A DNA stretch of 64,000 bases from NCBI GenBank assembly GCA_965279375.1, contig OZ257156.1:1504001-1568000 (forward strand). The letters run 5' to 3'. Below are positions 47,422-57,483 of the stretch, piece after piece; position 1 is the stretch's first letter; the number at the start of each line of letters is the position of its first letter. The notes under the pieces are model-generated. The model was not told the DNA's origin and ran no database searches. It was given only the letters and a program-made list of their open reading frames with translations. The position numbers and the translations under genes are program-made. The stretch is from Gemmatimonas sp. Its GTDB lineage: Bacteria; Gemmatimonadota; Gemmatimonadetes; Gemmatimonadales; Gemmatimonadaceae.

Positions 47422-48603
47422 TCAGCGCACTCCGAGCAGCAGTTCGATCGTAAGCTGGTCCAGCCGCTCGTAACCAAATCCTTCGCCGCGAATCGCCGGC
47501 AAGTCGAACACGCGCGCCTTCATCGCGGCAGCGTTGGCATCGCTGAAGCGCAGCGGCTCTTCGGCACCACCGCCGCGAGCGCGAAGCTCGGCCAGGCACG
47601 CCTGAATCTCCGCATCTGCATTGAACTGCGCCGCCTTCTCGCGAAGGATGAGATACGAACGCATGCTGCCGGCCGCGAAGTCCCACACGCCTGCATCGTC
47701 TTCCGTACGATAGGCGTGACTGTCGAAGTGCTTCATGCCGGAATACTTCGCGTCTTCGAGCAGCTTGACCAGGAAGAACGAGCCCTTGAGGTCCTCGCTG
47801 CCAAAGCGATGATCCTGGTCGTAGCGTCCCGGCTTCTGCGCGTTGAGATCGATGTGAAAGAGCTTGCCCGCGTCGATCGCCTGCGCGACACCGTGCGTGA
47901 AGTCCAGCCCGGCGATGGTGTCGTGCGCGACTTCCGGATTCACCCCAACCATGTCGGGATAGGCGAGCGAGTGAATGAACGCGAGCGCGTGCCCGATGGT
48001 TGGGAGAAAGATGTCGCCGCGCGGTTCGTTGGGCTTGGGCTCGAGTGCGAACTTGAAGTTGTAGCCCTGCGAGATGTTGTACGCGCACAGAAAGTCGAGT
48101 GCTTCGCGAAACCAGCCGAGTGCCGTGCGCGCGTCTTTAGCTGCATTGGTCTCCACGCCTTCACGTCCGCCCCAGAACACATACGTCTCCGCACCCAACT
48201 CGGCGCCGAGATCCATCGAGCGCATCGTCTTCTGCATGGCGTAGGCACGAACGCGTGGATCGTTGCTGGTGAACGCGCCATCGCGGAACGCAGGATCACT
48301 GAAGAGATTCGTCGTCGCCATCGGCACCTTCATGCCCGTGTCGGCCAACGCTGCCTTGAACTCCTTGACGATGCGATCGCGCTCGACGGCGGTCGCATCG
48401 CGCGGCACGAGATCTTCGTCGTGCAAGTTGACACCGTATGCGCCCAGTTCAGCCAGCTTCTGCACGATGCGTGGCGCGCTGAGTGGCGCGCGCACGGCAT
48501 CACCGAACGGATCGCGGCCGACGTTGCCGACCGTCCAGAGGCCAAAGGTGAAGTGGTCGCTGGGAACTGGAGTGTACGCGTCGCGAGATGCGGCTGCGGT
48601 CAT
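47422..48603 (-). CDS. xylA: Xylose isomerase (short, class I type)
   Basis: [42 protein letters not shown] and HFD. 393 aa. Confidence 0.95.
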   Translation of the reverse strand: MTAAASRDAYTPVPSDHFTFGLWTVGNVGRDPFGDAVRAPLSAPRIVQKLAELGAYGVNLHDEDLVPRDATAVERDRIVKEFKAALADTGMKVPMATTNLFSDPAFRDGAFTSNDPRVRAYAMQKTMRSMDLGAELGAETYVFWGGREGVETNAAKDARTALGWFREALDFLCAYNISQGYNFKFALEPKPNEPRGDIFLPTIGHALAFIHSLAYPDMVGVNPEVAHDTIAGLDFTHGVAQAIDAGKLFHIDLNAQKPGRYDQDHRFGSEDLKGSFFLVKLLEDAKYSGMKHFDSHAYRTEDDAGVWDFAAGSMRSYLILREKAAQFNADAEIQACLAELRARGGGAEEPLRFSDANAAAMKARVFDLPAIRGEGFGYERLDQLTIELLLGVR

Positions 48604-48655
48604 GAGAAACGCCTTGTACGAAGGGTGAAAACTCGAACCGTGATGGGCCGGGCGT

Positions 48656-48695
48656 AGAACTCGAAAGAACTTGAAAGAGCTCGAGAGAACTCAGG
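48656..48695. repeat. Four imperfect 10-bp direct repeats upstream of xylA
   Basis: AGAACTCGAA / AGAACTTGAA / AGAGCTCGAG / AGAACTCAGG. Confidence 0.75.
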
Positions 48696-48726
48696 GGAGT
48701 GGGCGAGGTGCGTCGGCGTAGCAGCG

Positions 48727-50982
48727 TTACTGAATGGCGGGACAGCGAGGCTTGTCGCGATCGATTGGACAGCGCAGGCCGATGTAGAAGGCGAGCGGAT
48801 GCAGCGGCGCGGCGTAACCGGCCGGGATTGGTTTACGCGAGAACGTCTGGAAGTACTGCACGGCGGCGTCGCGCCACCACCGCGCTTCGTGCTCCTGAAT
48901 CTCGAGCATGCTGCGGATTTCTTCGAAGCGCGCCGCGTCGACGTGCCCTTCAACTGTCGCCCATGCGCGCCGCATCGCGGAGACGGAATCGACGCCCGCG
49001 TAGTAGCGATACACGAGTTCGTTCCAGAGCGAGCGCCCCGACGCCATCCGATCATCCCAGCGCACATGATGAAAGAAGAGCAGTAGCGAATCGGGCACGG
49101 TGCGTCGATTCGCGAGTCGCGCGCGCACGGCGGGGAAATACTGATCGACCGCGTTGCTGCCCGTTGCAGTACGGTCGAAGCCGATGCCGAGCGAATCGGC
49201 GCGATGATAGTAGACCGGCGTCCAGTCGGGGCGACCGGTGTTCACCCATGGTCCGGGGCCATAGTGGTGATTCGTGGCCATGATGTGCGCGAGCCCCAGC
49301 GGCGTCATGTAGTTCACGACCGCTTCGCGCGACGTGAGCATCATGCGGCGAATCGTGTTGACGACTCTGGGCTCGGTGCTGAGCGTTGCGCGGATCCACT
49401 CGTCGGCAATCGCTGACGACGAAAGCATGGGATCCCACGCGAGACGACCGTAGGCATACCAGTTCGCTTGATTGAACTGCGAACCCGTCCAGTTGCGGTC
49501 CATGCCGATGTTGGCCACGCCGGCGATGCCGCTGCGCGCATACCCGTGCAGCGATCCATCGATGACCTTGGCGATCGTGGAGCCTTTGCCCTTCGCGTAC
49601 GTGTCGGCGCGCAGCACTTCTTCAAAGAGCGGCCCGAGATACGCCAGATGCGTGTCTTGGCCCAGATACTCCTTGGTGATCTGGAACTCCAGCATCAACG
49701 GCGTCCTGGGCATCGCGCCAAAGAGCGGATGAAAGGGCTCGCGCGGCTGAAAATCGAGCGGCCCGTTCTTCACCTGCACGATGACGTTCGACTTGAACGC
49801 GCCATCGAGTGGCTTGAACTCATCGTACGCTTGCCGAATGCGATCCACCGGCACCGTGTTGCTGTACACGAACGCGCGCCACATCACGATGCCGCTGTGC
49901 GGGGCGAGCGCGTCGGCGAGCATGTTCGCGCCGTCGGCGTGCGACCGCTTGTAGTCCTGCGGGCCGGGCTGTCCTTCGGAATTGGCCTTCACGACAAAGC
50001 CGCCGAAGTCGGGAATCGCGCGATAGATCTCGTCGCACTTGGCGGCCCACCATGCGCGTACCGCAGGATCGAGCGGATCGGCGGTGGCCAACTTGCCCAG
50101 CTCGATGGGAGCGCTGAAGCGTGCGGTGAGATAGACGCGAATGCCGTATGGTCGGAAGATGTCGGCGAGCGCCGCGACCTTGGCGAGATACGCTGGCGAC
50201 AGCACCGTCGCGTCGGCGTTCACGTTGGTGAGCACCGTCCCGTTGATGCCGAGCGATGCGTTGGCGCGGGCGTAGTCCACGTAGCGCTGCCGCATCGAGT
50301 CGGGGAGGGCATTGGGGAGCGCCTTCCAGTCCCAGAGCGACCGGCCGGCGTACCCGCGCTCGACGCTTCGGTCGAGGTTGTCCCAGTGATCGAGGAGGCG
50401 CAGCCGGATCTTGGGGGCGCTGCTGACGGCAAAGGCGTCGATCGGCCGGTGGGCCTGTAGTTCCCGCAAAAATCGGAACGTTCCATAAAGCAGTCCGACC
50501 TCGCGGTTGGCGGCGATCACGAGGGTCGGCCGGCCGCCAACGGACGCGGAGCGGATCAGGTATCCCTCGTCCCCGAGGGGTGCGAGCGATGCGCCCAGTC
50601 CGAGGGCGGCGATCTGCGGGGAGGTGGCTGGCGTGCCGATCAGGAGCGCGCCGGCTTTGGACACCGTCGCCACGCTGGGCGGCGCCGCGCCGAGCATTCC
50701 GGTCAGGGCGCGCGCGATCTCCTGTTGGACCAGGCGGGCCGTCGGCGAGTCGCCGCCGACGGCGACTTCACTGAGGCGCGCGCGGTAGGTGCGGACGAGT
50801 GCGGCGTCGGCGACCGCTGGATAGCGCAGCCAGAGGTCGTGGCCGTCTTCCGGCGCGGGGGCTGCAGTCGGCGCCGCGCCGAGGAGCAGCAGGAAGCCGA
50901 GCGGAGCGAGTCGGAAGCGCTGCAGGAGGGAGCGTCGCAAGCGAGAGCCTAGCTCGTCAGTGATTGCTGTGCCGTTCTTCAT
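48727..50982 (-). CDS. GH67 alpha-glucuronidase, exported
   Basis: EDGHDLWLRY, HWDNLDRSVERGYAG, VKANSEGQPGP, WRAFVY, KNGPLDFQPREP and EFQITKEYLGQ. Confidence 0.95.
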   Translation of the reverse strand: MKNGTAITDELGSRLRRSLLQRFRLAPLGFLLLLGAAPTAAPAPEDGHDLWLRYPAVADAALVRTYRARLSEVAVGGDSPTARLVQQEIARALTGMLGAAPPSVATVSKAGALLIGTPATSPQIAALGLGASLAPLGDEGYLIRSASVGGRPTLVIAANREVGLLYGTFRFLRELQAHRPIDAFAVSSAPKIRLRLLDHWDNLDRSVERGYAGRSLWDWKALPNALPDSMRQRYVDYARANASLGINGTVLTNVNADATVLSPAYLAKVAALADIFRPYGIRVYLTARFSAPIELGKLATADPLDPAVRAWWAAKCDEIYRAIPDFGGFVVKANSEGQPGPQDYKRSHADGANMLADALAPHSGIVMWRAFVYSNTVPVDRIRQAYDEFKPLDGAFKSNVIVQVKNGPLDFQPREPFHPLFGAMPRTPLMLEFQITKEYLGQDTHLAYLGPLFEEVLRADTYAKGKGSTIAKVIDGSLHGYARSGIAGVANIGMDRNWTGSQFNQANWYAYGRLAWDPMLSSSAIADEWIRATLSTEPRVVNTIRRMMLTSREAVVNYMTPLGLAHIMATNHHYGPGPWVNTGRPDWTPVYYHRADSLGIGFDRTATGSNAVDQYFPAVRARLANRRTVPDSLLLFFHHVRWDDRMASGRSLWNELVYRYYAGVDSVSAMRRAWATVEGHVDAARFEEIRSMLEIQEHEARWWRDAAVQYFQTFSRKPIPAGYAAPLHPLAFYIGLRCPIDRDKPRCPAIQ
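50472..50486. promoter_or_regulatory. Intragenic copy of the LacI-type operator
   Basis: The minus strand reads ATGGAACGTTCCGAT, matching ATGGAACGTTCCAAT at 52184-52198 in 14 of 15 positions. Confidence 0.55.
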
Positions 50983-52025
50983 GCGGCGGAGCCCTGGGCA
51001 CCGGGGTCGGCGTGCCGATTGCGAGAGGTAGTGCCGCGAACGACGAGTCGCGGGGGCATCAGCACGTGGCGGGCGGTGTCGCGCCGTCCGGCGAAGCGTT
51101 CGAGCAACAAGCGGACCGCAGTCCGCCCCATATCCGGGCGAGGCTGATCCACCGTGGTCAGGTTGATCTGCTGGACGGCGGCGAGCGCGGTATTGTCGTA
51201 GCCGACGACCGACACGTCCTCCGGCACGCGGAGACCACGTTCGGCGAGCGCGCTCATGGCGCCCAAGGCGGCGAGGTCGTTGGCGACGAAAAGCGCGGTG
51301 GGTGCGAGTCCTTCGTCGAAGAGCTGGGCCACGCCATGGCGGCCACCTTCATCGCTGTAGGCACCCGGGGCGATGCGCGTGAACGCCTCCAGTCCGCGCT
51401 TCTGCATGGCGCGTTCGTAGCCCTTGGAGCGTTCTGCGGCGCCGGCGCCACCACCGCCGTCGATGTGCGCAATGCGTTCGTGCCCCAGTTCGGCCAGATG
51501 CTCGACGACGAGCCGTGCGCCGGTGGGGTCGTCGTTGGCAACGCTGTCGATGCGGCTCATACGCGAGCGGCGTGCGACGAGGACCACGGGCACCTCGGCG
51601 GAGGCGGCGCTGATCGCATGCACATCGAGCATCGGCGAGGCGAGGATCAGGCCATCGACGCGGAGCTCGAGCAGCGTGTCGAGGGCGCGGCGCTCGTCGA
51701 GGGTGCGGTGATCGACGACGCTCATGATGGTGTTGTAGCCACGGGCGCCGGCCTCCTCCTGCACGCCGTCGATGACTTCGGCGAAGAAGGGATTGTGCAG
51801 GTCAGAGAGAACGATGCCGAACAGATTCGACCGTCGTTGCACCAGGCTTCGCGCGGCGCCGTTGGGTCGATAGCCCAGCTGCGCTGCCGCTTCGAGCACG
51901 AGCTGCCGCTTCTCGTCGCTGACGCTGCTGGCGCCACGCATGACGAGAGAAACGAGGGATTTCGAGACGCCGGCAGAGGCGGCGACGTCGATGATCGTGG
52001 GTCGGCTGGTGTTGCGATGGGACAC
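50979..52025 (-). CDS. LacI family transcriptional regulator
   Basis: [45 protein letters not shown] and [12 protein letters not shown]. Confidence 0.95.
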   Translation of the reverse strand: MSHRNTSRPTIIDVAASAGVSKSLVSLVMRGASSVSDEKRQLVLEAAAQLGYRPNGAARSLVQRRSNLFGIVLSDLHNPFFAEVIDGVQEEAGARGYNTIMSVVDHRTLDERRALDTLLELRVDGLILASPMLDVHAISAASAEVPVVLVARRSRMSRIDSVANDDPTGARLVVEHLAELGHERIAHIDGGGGAGAAERSKGYERAMQKRGLEAFTRIAPGAYSDEGGRHGVAQLFDEGLAPTALFVANDLAALGAMSALAERGLRVPEDVSVVGYDNTALAAVQQINLTTVDQPRPDMGRTAVRLLLERFAGRRDTARHVLMPPRLVVRGTTSRNRHADPGAQGSAA

Positions 52026-52146
52026 GGCGAGGCCGAAGGCGGGCTGGGACTAGACGCGGAGAATCGGGAGTATCCGTCTATATACGCTGCCGCGAAACGT
52101 GCTGCTTGGCGGGAGGGCGGCAAAGGTGGGATCTGGCAGGTGACAG

Positions 52147-52175
52147 TTGACACGTTCCCGGCGGCATCACAATAT
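52147..52175 (+). promoter_or_regulatory. Putative sigma70 promoter of the susC operon
   Basis: Consensus TTGACA at 52147-52152, a 17-bp spacer, then CAATAT at 52170-52175. Confidence 0.6.
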
Positions 52176-52184
52176 GTCCGCCGA

Positions 52185-52196
52185 TGGAACGTTCCA
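52185..52196. promoter_or_regulatory. LacI-type operator TGGAACGTTCCA
   Basis: Perfect 12-bp palindrome with a central CG, just downstream of the putative -10 and between the divergent lacI and susC genes. Confidence 0.8.
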
Positions 52197-52515
52197 ATAG
52201 CCGGAGGTAGTGTAGTGCAATCCGGCCGAAAGCGCATCTGGCACGTTTCGACGCCCGTTCGCTGACCCGCATCACGGCTCGACCGCAGCACCGCTCCGCC
52301 CGCTCGCCCTACCCGCTGCCCCGCTGTTCCCGCCCGCAGTGCCCGTCGTGACTCGCGCCCTCCCCGGGGCACATCCCACCGTCGCGATGGTCCCCCGCTC
52401 TTCCCGGTTCCGACGCTCGTCACGCCTGCTCCCGCGACCGACTCCCTGGGTCCGCGTGGCGCATCCCAACACCTACCACGCGGTACCCATGCCAAGCCTG
52501 CCGGAGGGTCCATTG

Positions 52516-55500
52516 ATGCGACGCTGGAAACTCGCTCTCACTCTCATGTTGCTGACCCCGCTCCAGCTCTTCGCCCAGAGTGTCGGGCGGATCGTCGGAA
52601 CGGTCACCATCGAGGGGGGACGCCCACTACCGAACGCGACGGTCAACGTCGTCGGTACTGCGCTCGGCGCGACCACGGGTGCGGACGGCAAGTACGTCAT
52701 CGCCAACGTTCCCACCGGTTCGCAGTCGGTGCGCGCCAAGCTGCTTGGCTACACGCCCATCACGAGCGTGGTGTCGGTCGCGAATGGCCAGACGGCCACG
52801 CTCAACTTTTCGCTGATCACGGCGCCGCTCAACCTCGAAGGCATCGTCGTTGTCGGCTACGGCTCGCAGGAGAAGCGCAACGTCACCGGCGCGCTGACCA
52901 CGATCACCGCCGACAAGATGAAAGACATTCCCACCAGCGATCCGATGAAGGCGCTGCAGGGACGTGTCTCCGGCGTGGAAATCGTCACGAATAGCAACGA
53001 ACCCGGTGCCTCGATGCAGGTGCGCATTCGCGGCGTGCGTTCGATGGCGAGCGATCGCAACGAGCCCCTCTACGTTGTGGACGGCATTCCGATCAACGGC
53101 GGCATCGGCGACTTCAATCCGGCGATCATCGAGAACATCACCGTACTCAAGGACGCTTCGGCGACGGCGATCTACGGAAGCCGCGGCGCGAACGGCGTCA
53201 TTCTCGTGACGACCAAGAAGGGCGCGTCGGATGGTCGCATTCAGACGTCGTACAGCGTCGACAGCTACTACGGTGCGCAGACGCCAGTGCAGATCGTGCC
53301 GATGATGAACATGCGCGACTTCACCAAGTACCTGCAGGACGCGGCGTTCTACAACGGGCAGGATAGCTCACTCGCGAAAGTGCTCGCCGGCCAGACGTTC
53401 GTGCCCGGCTCCACGACCTCCAAGCGACTGTACGCATATCAGAACGGCATCGAGACCGACTGGCAGCGCGCCGTGCTGCGCGACGGACTGCAGAAGAACT
53501 TCCAGGGCAGCATCACCGGGTCGGCGGCGGGCACGCGCTTCACGCTTTCCGGCAACTACTTCAATCAGCAGGGCGTGATTCCCGGTCAGGGAAGCACACG
53601 CGGCAACGCCTTCGCGACGGTCGATCATCAGGGCAAGTTCTTCCGCGCCGGTGCAACGTTCTCGCTTTCCCGTTCACTGCAGGAGCTGGGCATCGGCCAG
53701 GGTGCGTTTGGTTACGCGACCGCGATGGCACCGTTCGGCTCGCCGTTCAACTACACCACCAAGGACTCGGCCGGTCTCTACGATCCGCGTCCCGATGACG
53801 ATCCGCTGAACATCAATCCGCTTCTCGAAGCGCTGTCGATGACGCGCGAGCAGACCACCACGCGTGCCTTCTCGTCAGTGTATGCCGAGTTGCAGCTGCG
53901 GCCGTGGTTGAGCTATCGCGCGAACTTTGGTCCGGACTACTCGAACAGCTCGCTCGGTTGCTACAACGACCCATGGACGCACGGTTCCTGCGCGAGCCCG
54001 GGCAACTTCAGCTCCAATCAGGGGCAGCCGCCGCAGGCGATGCTGCGCAACTCGACGGATTTTGCGTACACCGTCGACAACCTGCTGCAGCTCAACAAGG
54101 ACTTCGGTGTGCACCACATCGAGGGCACGGCGCTCTACAGTATTCAGAAGGATCGTTTCACGCGTGACTCGCTGTATTCGTCGCAGCTCCCGTACAACAC
54201 GCAGCTCTGGTACGACCTGGGCTCCGGCGTGGCCGGCAACAGCCTGAGCTCCATCTCCGAGTGGGCGCTGCAGTCGTACATGGGACGCATCAACTACACG
54301 CTGCTCGATCGCTATACGCTGTCGGCGACGGGTCGCTCAGACGGATCGAGCCGACTCGCACCGGGCAACAAGTGGGCGTTCTTCCCGTCGTTCTCGGCAG
54401 CGTGGCAGCTGGGCGACGAGTCGTTCATCAAGAACCGCGGCTGGTTCGATCAGCTCAAGTTGCGCGCGAGCTATGGCACGACGGGCAACACATCGATCGC
54501 GCCGTATCAGACGCAGGGCACGCTGTCGTCCAAGCTGTACACGTTCGGCAGCACACGCGTGCGCGGCTATCGTCCGGGAAGCATTCCCAATCCCGACCTG
54601 ACTTGGGAGAAGACGGCGTCCACCAACTACGGCCTCGACTTCGGTGTGCTGAGCAATCGCATCAGCGGCTCCATCGATGCGTACTCGCAGAACACGACTG
54701 ACCTGCTGCTGACGCGCCTGCTGCCGGTGACGTCAGGCTTCACGTCCACGCTGCAGAACGTCGGCTCCACGAACAACAGTGGCATCGATATCAGCTTCTC
54801 CACGATCAACGTGCAGAACTGGCACGGCATCACGTGGACGAGCGACATGAACTGGTCGCGCAACAAGAACAAGATCACGGCGCTGCAGACCGGGTCGCAG
54901 TCGGACGTGAACAACGTCTGGTTCGTCGGCCAGCCGATCAACCTGTTCAACCAGACCACAGGGGCAGGGGATGGGCAGCGCCGCGTCTTCTATGACTGGA
55001 AGTGGCAGGGTGTGTGGCAGTACGCCGACTCGCTGGCGATGAAGGCGTTCAACGCGAACGGCTCGACGTTCAAGGCCGGTGATCCGCGCGTGGCTGACAT
55101 CAACGGCGACGGCAGGATCAACGCCGATGACCGCACGATCGTGGGCACGAGCTATCCGAAGTGGACCGGCAGCTTGTACAACCGCATCGCGTGGAAGGGC
55201 TTCGACATCTCCGGGCTCGTGTCGTGGAAGCAGGGCTACACGTTCATCGACGGCACGCCGCGCAGCTACACCGGACGTCAGGGCGTGATCGCGGACATGG
55301 ACTACTGGACGCCGACGAACCCGACGAACAAGAACCCGTTGCCGAACATCGGCCAGGTGGAGCGGTTGTACGCAACGACGCGCCTGTACACCGACGGATC
55401 ACACTGGCGCATTCGCAACCTCACGCTGGGCTACACGATGAGCCAGCGTCTGGTGAACCGTATCGGCGCGCAGAGCATCCGCTTCTACGGCACGGCGCAG

Positions 55501-55602
55501 GACCCGTATATCCACACGAGCTACCTCGGCGCGGATCCGGAAGTGGCAGGTGCCGCACCGACCCTGCGCACGATTCTGTTCGGCAGCAACATCACCTGGT
55601 AG
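52516..55602 (+). CDS. SusC/RagA-like TonB-dependent outer-membrane transporter
   Basis: GGAGGG RBS, signal peptide, carboxypeptidase-regulatory-like N-domain, VVVGYG, PLYVVDG, VLKDASATAIYGSRGANGVILVTTKKG, RSDGSSR, LKLRASYG and NPDLTWEKT. Confidence 0.95.
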   Translation: MRRWKLALTLMLLTPLQLFAQSVGRIVGTVTIEGGRPLPNATVNVVGTALGATTGADGKYVIANVPTGSQSVRAKLLGYTPITSVVSVANGQTATLNFSLITAPLNLEGIVVVGYGSQEKRNVTGALTTITADKMKDIPTSDPMKALQGRVSGVEIVTNSNEPGASMQVRIRGVRSMASDRNEPLYVVDGIPINGGIGDFNPAIIENITVLKDASATAIYGSRGANGVILVTTKKGASDGRIQTSYSVDSYYGAQTPVQIVPMMNMRDFTKYLQDAAFYNGQDSSLAKVLAGQTFVPGSTTSKRLYAYQNGIETDWQRAVLRDGLQKNFQGSITGSAAGTRFTLSGNYFNQQGVIPGQGSTRGNAFATVDHQGKFFRAGATFSLSRSLQELGIGQGAFGYATAMAPFGSPFNYTTKDSAGLYDPRPDDDPLNINPLLEALSMTREQTTTRAFSSVYAELQLRPWLSYRANFGPDYSNSSLGCYNDPWTHGSCASPGNFSSNQGQPPQAMLRNSTDFAYTVDNLLQLNKDFGVHHIEGTALYSIQKDRFTRDSLYSSQLPYNTQLWYDLGSGVAGNSLSSISEWALQSYMGRINYTLLDRYTLSATGRSDGSSRLAPGNKWAFFPSFSAAWQLGDESFIKNRGWFDQLKLRASYGTTGNTSIAPYQTQGTLSSKLYTFGSTRVRGYRPGSIPNPDLTWEKTASTNYGLDFGVLSNRISGSIDAYSQNTTDLLLTRLLPVTSGFTSTLQNVGSTNNSGIDISFSTINVQNWHGITWTSDMNWSRNKNKITALQTGSQSDVNNVWFVGQPINLFNQTTGAGDGQRRVFYDWKWQGVWQYADSLAMKAFNANGSTFKAGDPRVADINGDGRINADDRTIVGTSYPKWTGSLYNRIAWKGFDISGLVSWKQGYTFIDGTPRSYTGRQGVIADMDYWTPTNPTNKNPLPNIGQVERLYATTRLYTDGSHWRIRNLTLGYTMSQRLVNRIGAQSIRFYGTAQDPYIHTSYLGADPEVAGAAPTLRTILFGSNITW

Positions 55603-55631
55603 CGAGACCAAATCCGATGACGAGAATTCAT

Positions 55632-57446
55632 ATGAAGCGCGGACTTCTTTGCACCGTGACGTTGGCGCTCGCCGCAGTCGCCGGTTGCACGGACCTCGAC
55701 GAGAAACTCATTACGGGCGTGAGCAGCGAGTACTACTCCACGCCTGATGGCCTGAACGCCGCCGTGATTGCCAGCTACAGTCAGCTGCGCAACTACTACG
55801 GCCGTGAGCAGCTGATCTCGCTGGCGCAGGCCGGTACGGATACGTGGTCAGATGCCGACCAGTCGGCGTCGAACAATCGCGAGTTCGGTGGCTACACCGG
55901 TGGTTTGAACAGCACCGTCGCGCCGCTGGCGAACACGTGGAACCCCGCGTACCAGATGATCAACACGCTGAATGCGGCGTTGGAGCGCGGGCCGAACACC
56001 ACTGGCATCACCACGGCGACGAAGAACTCACTGCTGGGCGAGGCGCACTTCCTCCGCGCCTTCGAGTACTTCATGCTGGTGCAGACGTTCGGCAGCGTGA
56101 CGTTGTCGATGAAGGAGAACAAGGGGTTGGTGGAGACGGCGGTGCGTGATACGGCATCCGCAGTGTACACCGCCATTCTCGCCGATCTCGACAGCGCGAT
56201 CACGCTGCTGCCTGTGACGCAGGCCGAGCGCGGTCGTGCCACGCGTGGTGCAGCGCGCGCGCTGCGATCCAAGGTGTACCTCACGCGCGCGTATCGTGCG
56301 TACTCACCCAGCAGGCAGGCCGACTTTCAGGCTGCGCTCGATGACGCGAAGGCCGTGATTGCGTCGGGCACATACTCGCTCACCCCCAACTACGCCGACC
56401 TGTGGTGCGTGGCGCGCGCGGCCGATCCGGGTCGTCAGGGCTACTGCGAGAACACCGGCTACAACCAGGCACAGAGCGAATTCATCTTCACCGTGCAGTT
56501 CTCGTACGACCAGACGCACTACGACGGTGGGGATCAGTACAACTATCTGCACCTCGTGTACCTGAGCCAGTACGACAACAATGCGTTTGGCGTAGGTGTG
56601 GCGCGTGACCTCAACAACGGGCGCCCGTTCCGTCGTCTGATGCCGACGCAGTACGGTCTCAAGGTGTTCGACAATCGCTGGGCCGGCACACCAGGCGCGA
56701 GCGACATCATGGATACGCGCTTCGATGGTTCGTACCAGACCGTGTGGATCGCGACAGCTGGTGGCCAGCGCAACCCGACGACGAACTGCCCGTTCTGCTC
56801 GAGCGGCGAGGTGGTCAACATCGGCGACACGACCGGTGTGTATCTGCCGCATCCCGTGACGACGGCGTTCCGTCAGAGCAAGAAGTACATGATTCGCACC
56901 ATCTGCCCCGCCGGCTACGCCGACCCGAGCGTGTACTGCGGCGATCGCTCGGGCGCGAGCGATGGCTACATCAGCTGGGACCGCTATCCGTCGCTCAAGA
57001 AGTTCCAGGACAACCTGCGAGCGAACCTGACGGCGCAGGAAGGCGGCAAAGTGCAGGTGCTGCTGCGTCTTGGCGAGATCTACCTGATTGCAGCCGAAGC
57101 GGCGCTTGGCTTGGGCAACACGGCCGAAGCGGCGGCCAACATCAATGTGCTGCGTGTGCGGGCCGCGACACCGGCGTACAAGAACGATCCTCGGCAGCTC
57201 GTGACGGCGGGACAGATCAACCTCGACTTCATCATGGATGAGCGCGAGCGCGAACTGGCCGGTGAGTTCACGCGCTGGTACGATCTGGTGCGCCCGGGCG
57301 CGCAGTTCTTCGTTGATCGCGTGAAGAAGTACAACCCGCACGGCGGCGTGAACGTGCAGCTCAAGCATGCCCTGCGTCCGATTCCGCAGTCGCAGATCGA
57401 CGGCGTTGTGGTGGGTCCCAAGTATCCGCAGAATCCCGGCTACTGA
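55632..57446 (+). CDS. SusD/RagB-like surface lipoprotein
   Basis: Lipobox VAGC, GEAHFLRAFEYF.LVQTFG, LRLGEIYLIAAEA and DERERELAGEFTRWYDLVR, ending QNPGY. Confidence 0.93.
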   Translation: MKRGLLCTVTLALAAVAGCTDLDEKLITGVSSEYYSTPDGLNAAVIASYSQLRNYYGREQLISLAQAGTDTWSDADQSASNNREFGGYTGGLNSTVAPLANTWNPAYQMINTLNAALERGPNTTGITTATKNSLLGEAHFLRAFEYFMLVQTFGSVTLSMKENKGLVETAVRDTASAVYTAILADLDSAITLLPVTQAERGRATRGAARALRSKVYLTRAYRAYSPSRQADFQAALDDAKAVIASGTYSLTPNYADLWCVARAADPGRQGYCENTGYNQAQSEFIFTVQFSYDQTHYDGGDQYNYLHLVYLSQYDNNAFGVGVARDLNNGRPFRRLMPTQYGLKVFDNRWAGTPGASDIMDTRFDGSYQTVWIATAGGQRNPTTNCPFCSSGEVVNIGDTTGVYLPHPVTTAFRQSKKYMIRTICPAGYADPSVYCGDRSGASDGYISWDRYPSLKKFQDNLRANLTAQEGGKVQVLLRLGEIYLIAAEAALGLGNTAEAAANINVLRVRAATPAYKNDPRQLVTAGQINLDFIMDERERELAGEFTRWYDLVRPGAQFFVDRVKKYNPHGGVNVQLKHALRPIPQSQIDGVVVGPKYPQNPGY

Positions 57447-57483
57447 TTCGCAACTGCATCGCAACAGCTTCGAAGGAGCCTGG

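Noticed and set aside
46570..48657. 695-aa ORF on the + strand
   Set aside because: Antisense shadow of xylB/xylA with no recognisable motifs. Long shadow ORFs are expected at high GC.
48656..48695. Short repeats as a possible CRISPR array (also 32172 and 61213)
   Set aside because: Units are 10-12 bp with no spacers, and no cas genes are present.
50964..52265. 433-aa ORF on the + strand
   Set aside because: Antisense shadow of the LacI gene.
55161..55616. N-terminal extension of SusD (likewise 60871-61185 for GH10 and 10920-11333 for the GNAT)
   Set aside because: Each overlaps the upstream gene. Lipobox or RBS evidence supports the later starts, so these are not fusions.
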